NCBI GenBank assembly: GCA_035308025.1
Contig: DATGHL010000045.1
Coordinates: 56,014 to 120,013, forward strand
Length of the DNA stretch: 64,000 nucleotides
Origin: Candidatus Binataceae bacterium
Lineage (GTDB): Bacteria; Desulfobacterota; Binatia; Binatales; Binataceae
Reading direction: 5' to 3'
Shown here: positions 1-9,848 of the stretch, piece after piece
Position numbering within the stretch: position 1 is the first letter of the stretch
Layout: the number at the start of each line of letters is the position of its first letter
The notes under the pieces: model-generated
What the model was told of the DNA's origin: nothing
The model's database searches: none
The model's input: only the letters and a program-made list of their open reading frames with translations
Program-made: the position numbers and the translations under genes

Positions 1-1214
1 TCGAGCTGATCGCCCATATGGAGAGAGGGCAAGCCTTGGAGAAAGTAGCCGACTTGCAGGTACCATCCCTGGCGATTGTCCGGGGCTGCGCCATTGGGCA
101 TCTGCCGGTAGGTCTCAGCAAACTCGCCGCGCGCCTGAAGGTTGTCGCGCAAATACGCAAAGTCCAATCCCCAGGCATTAAACCAGAGCGCATTCTGCCA
201 CTTGCCGTCGTAAGTCGAAGCGCCCAGTTCGAGGCGGCCGAGATTGTCGTCGAGCGGCAGCGGGTAAACGCGCAGGCGCGTGCCGTAAGCGCGGCCATTG
301 GTATTGAGCGCGATGTTGTTCTGCGGGTTTAGCGTTTGGCCGACCACCGGTTGCGACAGCGCAGAATCGAAACTCGGGCCGTTGGCTATCCACGCCGTAT
401 AATCAACGTCCTGCCCGAGCTTGCCCCACTGTACCGATCCGCGAAGCTGGAGACCAATGTCGGTTGGCGGGACAATCGCCTCCGCCCCATACAGCAACGG
501 CGCCGTGATGAATCGATTGACCCACAGCGCACTCTGATCCTCGTACCAGTCACCGAAAGGCTGATCGAATATGCCCGCGTTAATTTCCAGATAATCATTT
601 AGAAAGATCTGCGCGGTCGCCACCGGTAGGGCAAAACTCGCACCCGAGCCCAGCGGCAGCGAGGCCGCGATCGAGCCTTCGAACAACATCCAGTCATTCA
701 AGCGGTAAAGCAGGATCGGCTGGAAAGCCAAAGAAAAAGTGTTCTGCGCGGTTTGGCGATCATAGATGAAGCCGCCCGCCGCATCGCCACCGATGGTGAA
801 CTGATGGAGCCCGAGGTAGCGCTCGAAAGCGCTGGCGAACTGGTCGGGCGAGGCGCCGCTGGAAATTTGCTGCTGGATCGTCTGCAGTTGCTGGGTCGTG
901 GCCGTTTGCAATTGATGATTGGTCGCCGAGAGTTGCGCCGAGTTCTGCTGCAACGTCCGATTTTGCGCGTCGAGCTGATCGAGCCGTTGCTCAAGCGCAC
1001 GAATGAGCTTTTCGTCGCTTTCGAGCCGGTCGCGTTCAGCAGCTTCATCGAGCTTCAGCTTTTGCAGTTGCCGCTGGATCGGCGCGAGGTCGCTGCCCAC
1101 GCTAAGGTCGGCCGCCAAGGCGCTACCCATGAACCCCAGCAGCGACAGGCTCGTCAGCATCAGAAAGTAGGCGCTGGTTTGTCGACGAAATCGCCGCGAC
1201 CGAGTCGTTATCAT
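1..1214 (-). CDS. outer-membrane porin-like protein with signal peptide and N-terminal coiled coil (3' end runs off the window)
   Basis: Not in the ORF track because there is no stop inside the window. My translation from ATG 1214 gives MITTRSRRFRRQTSAYFLMLTSLSLLGFMGSALAADLS (signal peptide). A Q/L/E-rich coiled-coil stretch follows (LQKLKLDEAAERDRLESDEKLIRALEQRLDQLDAQNRTLQQ). Then come Gly/aromatic alternating segments ending GWYLQVGYFLQG, as in OprO/P-type beta-barrels. The frame is open to position 1 and codon position 3 is G/C-rich. Confidence 0.55.
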   Translation of the reverse strand, partial: MITTRSRRFRRQTSAYFLMLTSLSLLGFMGSALAADLSVGSDLAPIQRQLQKLKLDEAAERDRLESDEKLIRALEQRLDQLDAQNRTLQQNSAQLSATNHQLQTATTQQLQTIQQQISSGASPDQFASAFERYLGLHQFTIGGDAAGGFIYDRQTAQNTFSLAFQPILLYRLNDWMLFEGSIAASLPLGSGASFALPVATAQIFLNDYLEINAGIFDQPFGDWYEDQSALWVNRFITAPLLYGAEAIVPPTDIGLQLRGSVQWGKLGQDVDYTAWIANGPSFDSALSQPVVGQTLNPQNNIALNTNGRAYGTRLRVYPLPLDDNLGRLELGASTYDGKWQNALWFNAWGLDFAYLRDNLQARGEFAETYRQMPNGAAPDNRQGWYLQVGYFLQGLPSLHMGDQL

Positions 1215-1475
1215 TACAAACTGGAATTTCCGTGTTGACTCTTCAATTTTAACCTGTGGGTATAGATCGAAACAATCTCCCGCGCAAGGTTTAGCCCAGT
1301 TTTGGTCCACGGTGTTTCCGGCGCAACACGAGCAGCGTTCATTCAGGTTCATTTCATTTGCGATCGATACTCTAATCGCGCAATTCTCATGTAACGTGAC
1401 GAGACCGATCACACTTCGTGGGGCGCAAGTCCTGAAGCGACGGCCGCGCGAAAGTTTCGACGGAGGGTTAGGTCA

Positions 1476-2666
1476 GTGGAAGCACCAGCAGGCGAATTCA
1501 ATTTCACCCGCCTCGAGCGGGTCATCTTCGGGGCGGGCAAAGTCGCCGGGCTGGGCCGTGAGCTCGAACGGCGGAGCCTCTCGCGCGCCGTCGTCGTCAC
1601 CGGCAAGACGCTCGGCGGCTCGAAATTGCTCGATCAGGTTACCGGAGCGCTCGGGGTCCGCTGCGCCGCGGTCTTCAAGAACGCGCAGCAGCATGTGCCG
1701 CTCGGCACGACCCGCGAGCTAATCGGAGAGATCAAGCGCGTCGGCGCCGACTGCGTGATCAGCTTTGGCGGCGGCAGCCCGATCGATACTGCGAAGGTCG
1801 CGGCTTCGGCGATCCTGACCGGCCGCGATCCGGGCGCAGCCGCGGGAGGAATCGAATTTGGCGGCGCCAACGCGCGAGTCGATACGAGCCGCGACTTTAT
1901 CCAAATCGCCCTGCCGACCACGCTCTCGGCCGGCGAATATACCCCGGTGGGCGGGGTCACCGACGAGGCCACGCTCATCAAGGGGGCGGTGGTCGATCCC
2001 CGCCTGCAGCCGCGCGTCGTGATCAACGACCCGGCCCTGACGGTCGAGACGCCGGCGTGGCTTTGGATCGCGACCGGGATGCGCGCGCTCGATCACGCGG
2101 TCGAAGCAATCTATTCGATCCGCCATCAGTTGCTGCCGGACACCTTGGCGTCGAAGGCAATTAAACTGCTGTTCGAGCATCTCCCCGCCTCAATCAACAC
2201 CAGCGGCGCGGATAGCCTGGCGCATCGCGGTTACTGCCAGATGGCGGCCTGGTTCTCGATCTTCGGCGGGATGAATACGCGCTTCGGCGTCTCCCACGCG
2301 CTGGGTCATCAGATCGGCCCCAAATGGAACGTCCCGCACGGCGTGACCTCGTGCATCATGCTGCCGCACGTGATGCGTTTCATGGCCGACATCGCCCCCG
2401 AGCGTTTCGGTCCGATCGCGGAGGGGCTCGGCGTGCGTTACGACGGGCCGAACGCCCGGTCGGTGGCGCTCGAATGCGCCGATCGCGTTGCCCAGTTCAT
2501 CGCGCAGTTCGATGTCCCGCATTCACTCAAGGCGGCCGGCGTGCCGCGCGGCGAGATGACGCAGATCGCCGCCACCGTGCTGCACGAAGTCGAGTCCGCG
2601 AAGGTGGTGGATCGTCCGGTGACGCGCGAGGAGATCGTGTCACTGCTCGAAGCTGCATACGCCTGA
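1476..2666 (+). CDS. iron-containing alcohol dehydrogenase family protein (maleylacetate reductase-like)
   Basis: GTG start 9 nt after GGAGGG; 396 aa. Motifs VVVTGKTLGGS, GGGSPIDTAK, HALGHQIG and PHGV are typical of Fe-ADH/maleylacetate reductases. Confidence 0.75.
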   Translation: MEAPAGEFNFTRLERVIFGAGKVAGLGRELERRSLSRAVVVTGKTLGGSKLLDQVTGALGVRCAAVFKNAQQHVPLGTTRELIGEIKRVGADCVISFGGGSPIDTAKVAASAILTGRDPGAAAGGIEFGGANARVDTSRDFIQIALPTTLSAGEYTPVGGVTDEATLIKGAVVDPRLQPRVVINDPALTVETPAWLWIATGMRALDHAVEAIYSIRHQLLPDTLASKAIKLLFEHLPASINTSGADSLAHRGYCQMAAWFSIFGGMNTRFGVSHALGHQIGPKWNVPHGVTSCIMLPHVMRFMADIAPERFGPIAEGLGVRYDGPNARSVALECADRVAQFIAQFDVPHSLKAAGVPRGEMTQIAATVLHEVESAKVVDRPVTREEIVSLLEAAYA

Positions 2667-2700
2667 TGCAAGCGCTGCGCGAAAGTCCGGAGGAATCGGC

Positions 2701-3096
2701 ATGAGCAATGAAACCAACAAAGAACTGGCGACAAAGTTCTGGCGCGCCTTTGCGCAAGGCGAGCTCAAGAAGGCCTTCGCGATGGCCTCCGACGAGATCA
2801 GTTGGCTGATTCCCGGCAACCTGCCGGAGCTTTCGGGCTTGCGCAAGGGCAAGGCGGAGATTGTTAAGTTTGCCCGCGTCGCGGCAAAAATGTTTCCGAA
2901 CGGCGTCACCAGCGAGATTCGCCGAGTCTATGCTGACGGCGATACCGTGCTGATCGAGATGACCAACAGCGCCAAATTTTCCAACGGCCGCGACTACACG
3001 AACGAGTACTGCTTTGTTTTTGAGATCGAGGACGGCAAGATTCGCCGCGTCCGCGAATACGTCGATACGCAGAAAGTCGTCGCGCTGACCGCCTAG
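2701..3096 (+). CDS. SnoaL/NTF2-like fold protein
   Basis: 131 aa; ATG after GGAGGAA. N-terminal ELATKFWRAFAQGE and C-terminal REYVDT pattern resemble the nuclear-transport-factor-2 family. Confidence 0.6.
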   Translation: MSNETNKELATKFWRAFAQGELKKAFAMASDEISWLIPGNLPELSGLRKGKAEIVKFARVAAKMFPNGVTSEIRRVYADGDTVLIEMTNSAKFSNGRDYTNEYCFVFEIEDGKIRRVREYVDTQKVVALTA

Positions 3097-3108
3097 TAGG
3101 GGGATCAC

Positions 3109-3483
3109 GTGGCTGAACAGAATAGCACGCCCGTCTACTGCACCTTGCCCCCAGCTGATCTACGCGAGCGAGTCGCCGAGGTTGAGCGCACTATCGCAAA
3201 AAAAATCGTCGAGGTCCGCGAGCTCGATGATGGCTACGCGTTGCGCTTCCCGGCCGAGGCCGGCATCGTCGAGGAGCTTGCACACTTCATCGACTTCGAG
3301 CGCGTGTGCTGCCGCTTTCTGAATTTCTCGCTGCGGGTGCCGGCGGGCGGCGGCCCGATCTGGCTGGAACTGACCGGCTCTGCCGAGGTTAAGAACTTCC
3401 TACGTTCGACGAAAGAACAGTGGACGTGCACAGCGCCGGATCTTCGGCGCGAGCAGAAAGCGTTCAAAGAGCTGGGCGTGTAA
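3109..3483 (+). CDS. hypothetical protein with CC motif
   Basis: 124 aa; GTG start 12 nt after the upstream stop. Good codon-3 G/C bias. Adjacent Cys pair in FERVCCRFLNF. No family recognised. Confidence 0.5.
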   Translation: MAEQNSTPVYCTLPPADLRERVAEVERTIAKKIVEVRELDDGYALRFPAEAGIVEELAHFIDFERVCCRFLNFSLRVPAGGGPIWLELTGSAEVKNFLRSTKEQWTCTAPDLRREQKAFKELGV

Positions 3484-3495
3484 GCCGCGTCGGGG

Positions 3496-4422
3496 TTACG
3501 CGGGTTTGCGGCGGGTGCTTTCGAGCAGTTTCAAGAGCGTGTAAACCGCCGCGGTCGCCGGCGCGCTGATCCCGTGACGGCGCGCTGCGCGCAGCACCGC
3601 ACCGGAGATCGCTTCGTACTCGAGGGGTTTGCCTTTTTCCAGATCCTGCAGGGTCGAAGTCTTGATCGCATACGCGTCCATCTTGCGGATTTGACCGAGC
3701 TGCCAGTCCGCCCGCTCATCAACCACCTTTGCGCCTTCAGCGCGGCCCACGGCGAGCGTCTCGAGCATCAGCGTGCGGACGAGCTCGTAACCCGCCGGAT
3801 CGTCGAGCATCTGGCCGAGGGTCGTATGCGTCAGCGCGCTCACGCTGTTGGTGCTGTTATTGCCCATCAGCTTGTACCAGCGGAGCGTCTTCAGATCGCT
3901 GGTCAGGACGCCGTAGATGCCCGCGCGTTCGAAGACCTCTTTAAGCCGCCGCGCGCGCGGCGTCTCGGTGCCATCCAGCTCGCCAAACTCGATGACACCG
4001 AGGGCGGTATGGTTGAGTTTGCCCGGTGCGGCCATATCGGCGCCGATCCGCGAATTCCCCCCCATCACGCACTCGCGCGGAAAGAAGCGGCAGAGGACCT
4101 CCTCGTTCTCGACGCCGTTCTGGATCGTCATCAGGATTCCATTAGGCGCGAGGCATCCTTTGAGCTGCTGTGCAGCCGGCTCAGTATCGTAGGATTTGAC
4201 GGCAAACAGGATGAGATCGTAGGGGGCGAACTCAAGCGGCTCGAGGGTCGCGTTCACTCTCACGTGGAAATCGCCGAGGTAGCTCTTGACCGCGAGGCCC
4301 TGCTCCTTGAGCGCGCGCAGGTTGTCACCGCGCGCACAGAGCGTCACCTCCTCGCCGGCCTGCTGCAGCTTCGCCCCATAATAAGCGCCGACTCCACCCG
4401 CACCCATGATCAGAATCTTCAT
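3496..4422 (-). CDS. panE: 2-dehydropantoate 2-reductase (ApbA/PanE family)
   Basis: 308 aa; N-terminal Rossmann motif MKILIMGAGGVGAYYG; overall ketopantoate reductase architecture. Confidence 0.65.
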   Translation of the reverse strand: MKILIMGAGGVGAYYGAKLQQAGEEVTLCARGDNLRALKEQGLAVKSYLGDFHVRVNATLEPLEFAPYDLILFAVKSYDTEPAAQQLKGCLAPNGILMTIQNGVENEEVLCRFFPRECVMGGNSRIGADMAAPGKLNHTALGVIEFGELDGTETPRARRLKEVFERAGIYGVLTSDLKTLRWYKLMGNNSTNSVSALTHTTLGQMLDDPAGYELVRTLMLETLAVGRAEGAKVVDERADWQLGQIRKMDAYAIKTSTLQDLEKGKPLEYEAISGAVLRAARRHGISAPATAAVYTLLKLLESTRRKPA

Positions 4423-4440
4423 GAGATTGTTTGTGGTTCA

Positions 4441-4483
4441 CTCCCGCGGGAGAGTCAAGCGCGAGGGTTCTCCCGCGAGAGGG
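4441..4483. promoter_or_regulatory. candidate operator in divergent promoter region
   Basis: Perfect 12-nt palindrome CTCCCGCGGGAG (4441-4452), plus a related copy CTCCCGCGAGAGGG (4470-4483). Both lie between the divergent panE-like and hydrolase genes. Confidence 0.25.
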
Positions 4484-4610
4484 AGCAAGCGTCCGGCTGG
4501 ACGGGTGGCAATGGGTCGGCTAGATTCGCGCGTATCATTGACCAGCCAGCGCGCGGTCGAGCCGAGCAGCGACTTTGCGAACTGCATGAAGAACAGTTGG
4601 AGATAAAATT

Positions 4611-5396
4611 GTGACGCCGTGGACGCAAACAACGGTCAAGGCAGCTGACGCCGAACTCGCAGTAATTCGCGGTGGGAGCGGCAAGCCGCTTTTGATCCTG
4701 CATGACGAGCTCGGATACCCGGGCTGGATGGCCTGGAACGAATGGCTCGCGGACAAACATGAGCTGATCATCCCCTTGCAGCCGGGCTTCGGCAAAACGC
4801 CGAAGCTGGACTGGGTGATGAGCTATCGCGATCTCGCCGCCTTTTACTCACAGGTGATGCGCGAGTTGAAGGCCGACCCGATTGACGTGATCGGCTTCTC
4901 CGCGGGCGGCTATCTGGCGGCGGAGATGGTGGCGGCGGACCCAAAAATTTTCTCGAAAATGGTGCTGGTCGCGCCGATGGGGATCAAGCCTGCGAACGGC
5001 CAAATCCTCGATTTCTTCGCACTGACCATCCGGCGTCATCTGCGCGCGACGGTTGCGGAGCCTGACAACACGCCTGAGTTCGGACGGATCTATGGCGGTG
5101 AGATGACGCCCGAACTGTTTGAGGCCTTCGAGGACGCGCGCACGGAAACGGCGCGGATCGGCTGGGAGCCGTACATGCACAATCCCAGCCTGCCGCATCT
5201 GCTTTACGGACCCAAGCCGCCGACTCTACTCGTGTGGGGTACGCGCGACCAGGTCGTGCCGCGCGGTTGTATCGACGCCTATCGGCAGGCGATTGTGGGG
5301 GCGCAGATCGCCGAGATCGCGGGTGCGGGCCATCGCCCGGAGATCGAGAATGAGCAGGAGTTTTCCCGCGTCGTCGGAAAGTTTCTCGCCACCTAA
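4611..5396 (+). CDS. alpha/beta-fold hydrolase
   Basis: 261 aa; GTG start after GGAGAT. GFSAGG nucleophile elbow; C-terminal GAGHRPE motif carrying the catalytic His. Confidence 0.75.
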   Translation: MTPWTQTTVKAADAELAVIRGGSGKPLLILHDELGYPGWMAWNEWLADKHELIIPLQPGFGKTPKLDWVMSYRDLAAFYSQVMRELKADPIDVIGFSAGGYLAAEMVAADPKIFSKMVLVAPMGIKPANGQILDFFALTIRRHLRATVAEPDNTPEFGRIYGGEMTPELFEAFEDARTETARIGWEPYMHNPSLPHLLYGPKPPTLLVWGTRDQVVPRGCIDAYRQAIVGAQIAEIAGAGHRPEIENEQEFSRVVGKFLAT

Positions 5397-5418
5397 CACT
5401 ATCTAAGAGAGTAGGAAC

Positions 5419-5544
5419 ATGCAGATAGGATACTTTACTGAACGGCCGTATCGGTGGCTGCCCAACACTAGCGTAGCGCGGCTGCCGCGCGTAGCGAGCA
5501 GGCGAGTCTGCGAGCTGCGTCAAGAATCTTTATTAAGAGAGTAA
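5419..5544 (+). other. diverged duplicate of the first 15 codons of the downstream LLM gene, fused to a repeat element (41-codon upstream ORF)
   Basis: 5403-5463 (TAAGAGAGTAGGAAC ATG CAG ATA GGA TAC TTT ACT GAA CGG CCG TAT CGG TGG CTG CCC) parallels 5534-5594. Both encode MQIGYFTERPYRWLP. The reading frame continues through the repeat and stops at TAA 5542-5544, 5 nt before the real ATG at 5550. Confidence 0.6.
5466..5530 (+). repeat. dispersed GC-rich intergenic repeat, copy A
   Basis: CACTAGCGTAGCGCGGCTGCCGCGCGTAGCGAGCAGGCGAGTCTGCGAGCTGCGTCAAGAATCTT. Near-identical to copies at 58686 (+) and 63007 (-). Contains the hairpin GCGCGG-CTG-CCGCGC. Confidence 0.85.
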
Positions 5545-5549
5545 GAGTC

Positions 5550-6881
5550 ATGCAGATAGGATATTTCACCGAACGGCCGTATCGCTGGTTGCCCGAGGAG
5601 GTGATTCTCAAGAATCGGGCCTTTTTTGCGGTGTCGAACTCGCACTTCGATCGCGAGAAGGCCTCCGACGACTATCACTATTATCTCGACGAGTACTGTT
5701 ACGCCGAAGATCTGGGCTTCGACGTCGTCGCCCTGAATGAGCATCACGGCAACCCCTTCTGCATGGGCAGCGTGATGAACGTCGAGGCGTCGGTGCTCGC
5801 CTATCGCACCAAGCGCGTGCGCATCGTGCTGATCGGCAATCCGCTACCGGTGCTCAAGCATCCGCTGCGGATGGCCGAGGAGCTGGCCGAGATCGATTTG
5901 ATCTCACGGGGCCGCCTGATCACTGGATGGGTGCGCGGCGCGGGCAGCGAGCAGTTTTTCAACAACGCCAATCCCGCCTACAATCGCGAGCTGTTCAACG
6001 AGGCCCACGACTTTATCGTGCAGGCCTGGACGAGGCCCGGACCGTGGCGCTACGAGGGCAAGCATTTCCATTATCGCCACGTCAATCCATGGGCGCTGCC
6101 GTATCAAAAACCGCATCCGCCGATGTGGATTCCGGGCGTGATCAGCCCCGAGACCGTGAAGTGGTGCGCGGAACATCGTTACCCTTATATCGGGCTGGGG
6201 ACGATGCTCGGGCCGACCTGCGATCTCTGGGATTACTATGCTGACGAAGCGGCCAAGCAGGGCTATCAGGCGGGACCGGAGAATTTCGGCTACCTGATTC
6301 CTACGGTCGTGGCGGAGACCGAAGAGAAGGCCCACGCGATCGCGGAGAACTTCGTGTACGGCGGCGGGCAGAATGCCTTTTCGGCGCCGGAGTTCACGAT
6401 GCCGCCCGGGTACAACTCGAAGAGCGCCATTCGGATGCTCGCGAAGCAGCCGACCGGCAGTTGGCTCGGCCTCAGCGGCGACAAGCTGGCGCAGGCTCAG
6501 CACGGCGGCGACGAGGGCGCGGTCGACTACGACGAGGTGCGGCGCAAGTTGCGCGGCGGCCTCGACAAGGTGATGCGCAATTACCAAGTGATCGCGGGGA
6601 CGCCGGCCAGCGTCACGCAGAAGGTCAAGGCGATCTTGCGCATCCTGCGCCCCGGCGTCTTCATCATGTTCAGCGTGCAGGGTCCGGTGAGCAACGAGGA
6701 TCGGCGCACGAGTATGCGTCTGTTCGCGCAAGAGGTGATGCCGGCGCTGCACGCCTACGCCAAGGAGATCGATCTGCCGGATCCGTTTCAGCGCACGCCG
6801 GGCTCAGTCGCGCTCGGCACTGGCGTCAAGCGCGCGCCGGTGGCCGATCGCGGCCCTTTGGCGGAACTCGGTCTGCGTTAA
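5550..6881 (+). CDS. LLM-class flavin/F420-dependent oxidoreductase (luciferase-like)
   Basis: 443 aa; LGFDVVALNEHHG, PLRMAEELAEIDLISRGRL and GWVRGAGSE are typical of luciferase-like monooxygenases. Confidence 0.75.
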   Translation: MQIGYFTERPYRWLPEEVILKNRAFFAVSNSHFDREKASDDYHYYLDEYCYAEDLGFDVVALNEHHGNPFCMGSVMNVEASVLAYRTKRVRIVLIGNPLPVLKHPLRMAEELAEIDLISRGRLITGWVRGAGSEQFFNNANPAYNRELFNEAHDFIVQAWTRPGPWRYEGKHFHYRHVNPWALPYQKPHPPMWIPGVISPETVKWCAEHRYPYIGLGTMLGPTCDLWDYYADEAAKQGYQAGPENFGYLIPTVVAETEEKAHAIAENFVYGGGQNAFSAPEFTMPPGYNSKSAIRMLAKQPTGSWLGLSGDKLAQAQHGGDEGAVDYDEVRRKLRGGLDKVMRNYQVIAGTPASVTQKVKAILRILRPGVFIMFSVQGPVSNEDRRTSMRLFAQEVMPALHAYAKEIDLPDPFQRTPGSVALGTGVKRAPVADRGPLAELGLR

Positions 6882-6900
6882 CTAACCCGCCTCGGATTTG

Positions 6901-6940
6901 AAACAGGCTCCGGCGCTCACGCGCGCGTCGGAGCCTGTTT
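6901..6940. terminator. bidirectional hairpin terminator between convergent genes
   Basis: AAACAGGCTCCG (6901-6912) pairs perfectly with CGGAGCCTGTTT (6929-6940). A/T runs flank both sides. Lies between the stops at 6881 (+) and 6971 (-). Confidence 0.7.
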
Positions 6941-6970
6941 CGTTAACCACAAATTTGCGATCAAATTAAA

Positions 6971-7897
6971 TTAGCGCTGATGGTAGAGCGGATGCCCGCG
7001 GAAATTCGTATGGACGCGGCTGAAATGCTCGCCCTCGAGATTCGCGAAGTATAAATCCTGCAAGCCCGGACCACCGAAGGCGCAGTTGGTCGGATGGTCG
7101 AGGCGCTCGCTTTTCGGATCATCGATGAGCATCGTCCATTTGCCGCTCTGATCCACCTTGAGGATTTGGTTGGCCGGCAGCAGAATCTTGTCCTTGGGCG
7201 GGTCTTCGGGTTTTTTCGCTTTGCCGGGCAGCGTGATGTAGAGATCGCCCGCGCTGTCGAACGCCATGCCGTCAGGAATCGCGGGAAAGTCCTTTGAGTA
7301 GATTTCCGGCTTGCCGAAGGTGCCGTCTTTTTTGAGCGCGATCCGCATACAGTCGTAGCGCGTCGATTCGAGCACATAAACGGCCTCTTCCTTCGGATCG
7401 ATCGCGGTGCCGTTGGCGACGTAAAAGCCCGTCGCGACTATCTCGCTTTTGCCGTTTTTGCGAATCACGACGAGCGCGCCCTTGGGCGACGGCGTCATTA
7501 GCTCCGGCAGGATATTGTTGATGTTGTTCGTGCTGGAGTTGGAGACAAAGAGATTGCCTTCGGCGTCATAGGTTGCAAAGTTGGGCAGGGAGAGATGGAG
7601 ATCGGCAACGCGATCAGCGACCATCGTAACCTCTCCGCTCTGCGTCACCCGCACCACGGCCTCCTTGCCGAGGTCGCAATAGATTAGATCGCCATTACGA
7701 TCCATCGTGACGCCGTTGGGAATCGAACCGCTGGGCAGCGTCGCCAGCTCAGCGACTTTGCCGTCGGGCGTGACCTTGTACATCACGCCATTGCGGCCGC
7801 CTCCGTATACACAATTATCCTTGTCGATGACGACGCCTTCGGCTTTCGAAACGCCGCGGCCGAAAACTTCAATCGCACTGACTGGAAAGGTTGTCAT
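6971..7897 (-). CDS. SMP-30/gluconolactonase/LRE-like beta-propeller protein
   Basis: 308 aa; repeated blade motifs (PNGVTMDRNGDLIY, ATYDAEGNLFVSN, ANGTAIDP, PDGMAFDSAGDLYI). RBS AAGGAGGG. Confidence 0.7.
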   Translation of the reverse strand: MTTFPVSAIEVFGRGVSKAEGVVIDKDNCVYGGGRNGVMYKVTPDGKVAELATLPSGSIPNGVTMDRNGDLIYCDLGKEAVVRVTQSGEVTMVADRVADLHLSLPNFATYDAEGNLFVSNSSTNNINNILPELMTPSPKGALVVIRKNGKSEIVATGFYVANGTAIDPKEEAVYVLESTRYDCMRIALKKDGTFGKPEIYSKDFPAIPDGMAFDSAGDLYITLPGKAKKPEDPPKDKILLPANQILKVDQSGKWTMLIDDPKSERLDHPTNCAFGGPGLQDLYFANLEGEHFSRVHTNFRGHPLYHQR

Positions 7898-7952
7898 TGT
7901 ATGACCCTCCTTGAAATTGAACCTGGCGGCGCGCTCGTTCTCCGAGTGTTCC

Positions 7953-8526
7953 TCAACTTCGCAGGGTAGACCGGATAAATCCAGTTCGGCTCACAAGGGA
8001 CAGGCAGAAGTCGGACTGCCGATGGTTCTCCACGACCGAACGGACCACCGAATGGTAGTCGTGCGGGTATGCATTCCGCTCGTTCAACCGGAAGGTCAGC
8101 GCGTCCGGCTCAGCATAGCGGCGGTCTCCGGAGGAGAGCATCTTTTGGCCCACGTACATCCCGTACCAACCGGTCAGCATGGTGTTATCTTTGCTGGTGG
8201 GGTCGACGTTCGTCAAGTTGAAGTTACCCCACATCGATTCGTAAATCCAGTGCCACCAGACCCGCCGTTGTAGATACGTCTCGACGAGATTTCGCTGCGC
8301 CTGGCCGAGATAACTGTCGAAGCTCGGCGTGTAGTGGGTGCGAACGAGGCCGGGGGTGAAGCCGAGATGATTAACCTGATAGCGAATCGCGCTGGCTGGA
8401 ACTGGTCGATGACGTCGAAGCCCTGGTATTGCCAATCGGCTGGAGTGCGCGGTCGAGCGCGTAGCGGACCGCCGGGAGCTGATCCGGCGTCATCTCACGG
8501 GCGCCGTGGGCCGGGTTGTAATCCAT
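7953..8526 (-). pseudogene. frame-shifted, 3'-truncated gene remnant (possibly linalool dehydratase/isomerase-like; family call weak)
   Basis: ATG 8526 gives [30 protein letters not shown]. The G/C-rich codon frame then shifts at about 8435 ([15 protein letters not shown]) and again at about 8388 ([13 protein letters not shown]..., the tracked ORF). A further frame change occurs near 7990 (CEPNWIYPV). The coding signal ends about 55 nt from the SMP-30 gene start. Confidence 0.6.
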
Positions 8527-8804
8527 CGATTAATTGAAGGATAAACAATACTACAGGACCAAACCGATTGTAATAGCTCCATCGCTCGATCCAGGCCGAC
8601 CGGAATGACTATACGACCATCGATTTTGCGCGAACTCAGATCACTTACCTGAGATTGCGACTACTTATAATGCTATATTTTATGCGCCCAGGCGCTGCCG
8701 AGCCTTCGATGTAGTTTTCGGAAATGCCTGCTCTCAAGCTGGCGTGCAAAATGAGTCTGGAGCTGTCACAATTATCGCAGTGACGTTCGTCAAGGAGCCT
8801 ATCT

Positions 8805-9521
8805 GTGCATTGGAGTGAGATCTCCGCTAATCCAAATCTACCTGAGGTCTTGAGGCTTCGGGCCTCTCTCTTGAGGAAAGCGCGGCGACAACCCGTTGAG
8901 AACCGAATTGCCTACCTCTGTGAAATGGCAAAGAACAAGAATGTTCTGGACGTCGGAGTGGTCAATCACATTGCTGAGAGCGCCGAAGATCCCGATTGGT
9001 TGCATGGGCGGCTTTTGGCGGTGGCAAGTCGTTGCTTCGGCGTTGATATCGCCGCGGAAGGCATTCGCAAGCTGCTCGAGAAGGGATACAACGTCGCGCT
9101 TTGCGACATCACGTCGGAGCAGGGCGAGAACATCACGGATAGATTCGACTTAATAATCTGCGGCGAGTTGATCGAGCACCTCGGGAATCCCAGCCGGCTT
9201 TTTGACGCGGCGCGTCGGCTGCTGGTACCTGGGGGCAGTTTGGTCCTGACGACGCCTAATCCATTTTATTTGGGGCGCATATTCCGGCACTTGTTCAACG
9301 CGTCGTGCGAAAATGTAGACCATGTGACGATGCTGTTTGCCTCAGGCGTTGCCGAGCTCGCGGATCGCGCGGGCCTTGAACTGAAGAGCTATCGCGGAAT
9401 CTACCCGGAGCCCGTAACTAAGAAAAGAAAGCTATTTCTGCCGGTGAAATGGATGGTGCAGGCTACGACGAATAATGAGGCGGCGTGCGAATCAATCGTC
9501 TACGAGTGCATTCGAGTATGA
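8805..9521 (+). CDS. class I SAM-dependent methyltransferase
   Basis: 238 aa; GTG after AAGGAG. Motif I variant VLDVGVVNH, acidic loop FGVDI, post-I DLIICGELIEHL, and LVPGGSLVLTTPN. Visibly lower G/C than flanking genes. Confidence 0.65.
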   Translation: MHWSEISANPNLPEVLRLRASLLRKARRQPVENRIAYLCEMAKNKNVLDVGVVNHIAESAEDPDWLHGRLLAVASRCFGVDIAAEGIRKLLEKGYNVALCDITSEQGENITDRFDLIICGELIEHLGNPSRLFDAARRLLVPGGSLVLTTPNPFYLGRIFRHLFNASCENVDHVTMLFASGVAELADRAGLELKSYRGIYPEPVTKKRKLFLPVKWMVQATTNNEAACESIVYECIRV

Positions 9522-9848
9522 CCGCGCAGACGCAGCTTGGTTTTTCTAGATCATTTATCGATCCGAACGCAAAATAATCTCGCTTGGACGGAAGTCCTCT
9601 CCAGATTCGGGCTCGGCTGGCTCACGATTCGACCTCCCTGGACGCTCGGATAATCATTCGTTTGAGTCGGCTGGAAAAGCAATGGCCGCACGGACGTGTG
9701 GCGTTGATCGGCGTCCGCGCGGCGGCCGCGATGCTCCCTGACGACGTGGACAAGGCCTAGGACAAACACGAGCTCGATCGCTGCGGCGAGCGCAAGACCC
9801 CACCTCCCTGTCCTCGTCGCGCTCAAGCCCGGGCGCGCTATCGGGTAT

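Noticed and set aside
5459-5530. The repeat elements as integron attC sites (they follow stop codons, and GCCCAAC at 5459 fits RYYYAAC).
   Set aside because: The other copies lack the RYYYAAC/GTTRRRY cores. There is no bulged imperfect-palindrome attC architecture. No intI is present, and neighbouring genes are not cassette-like.
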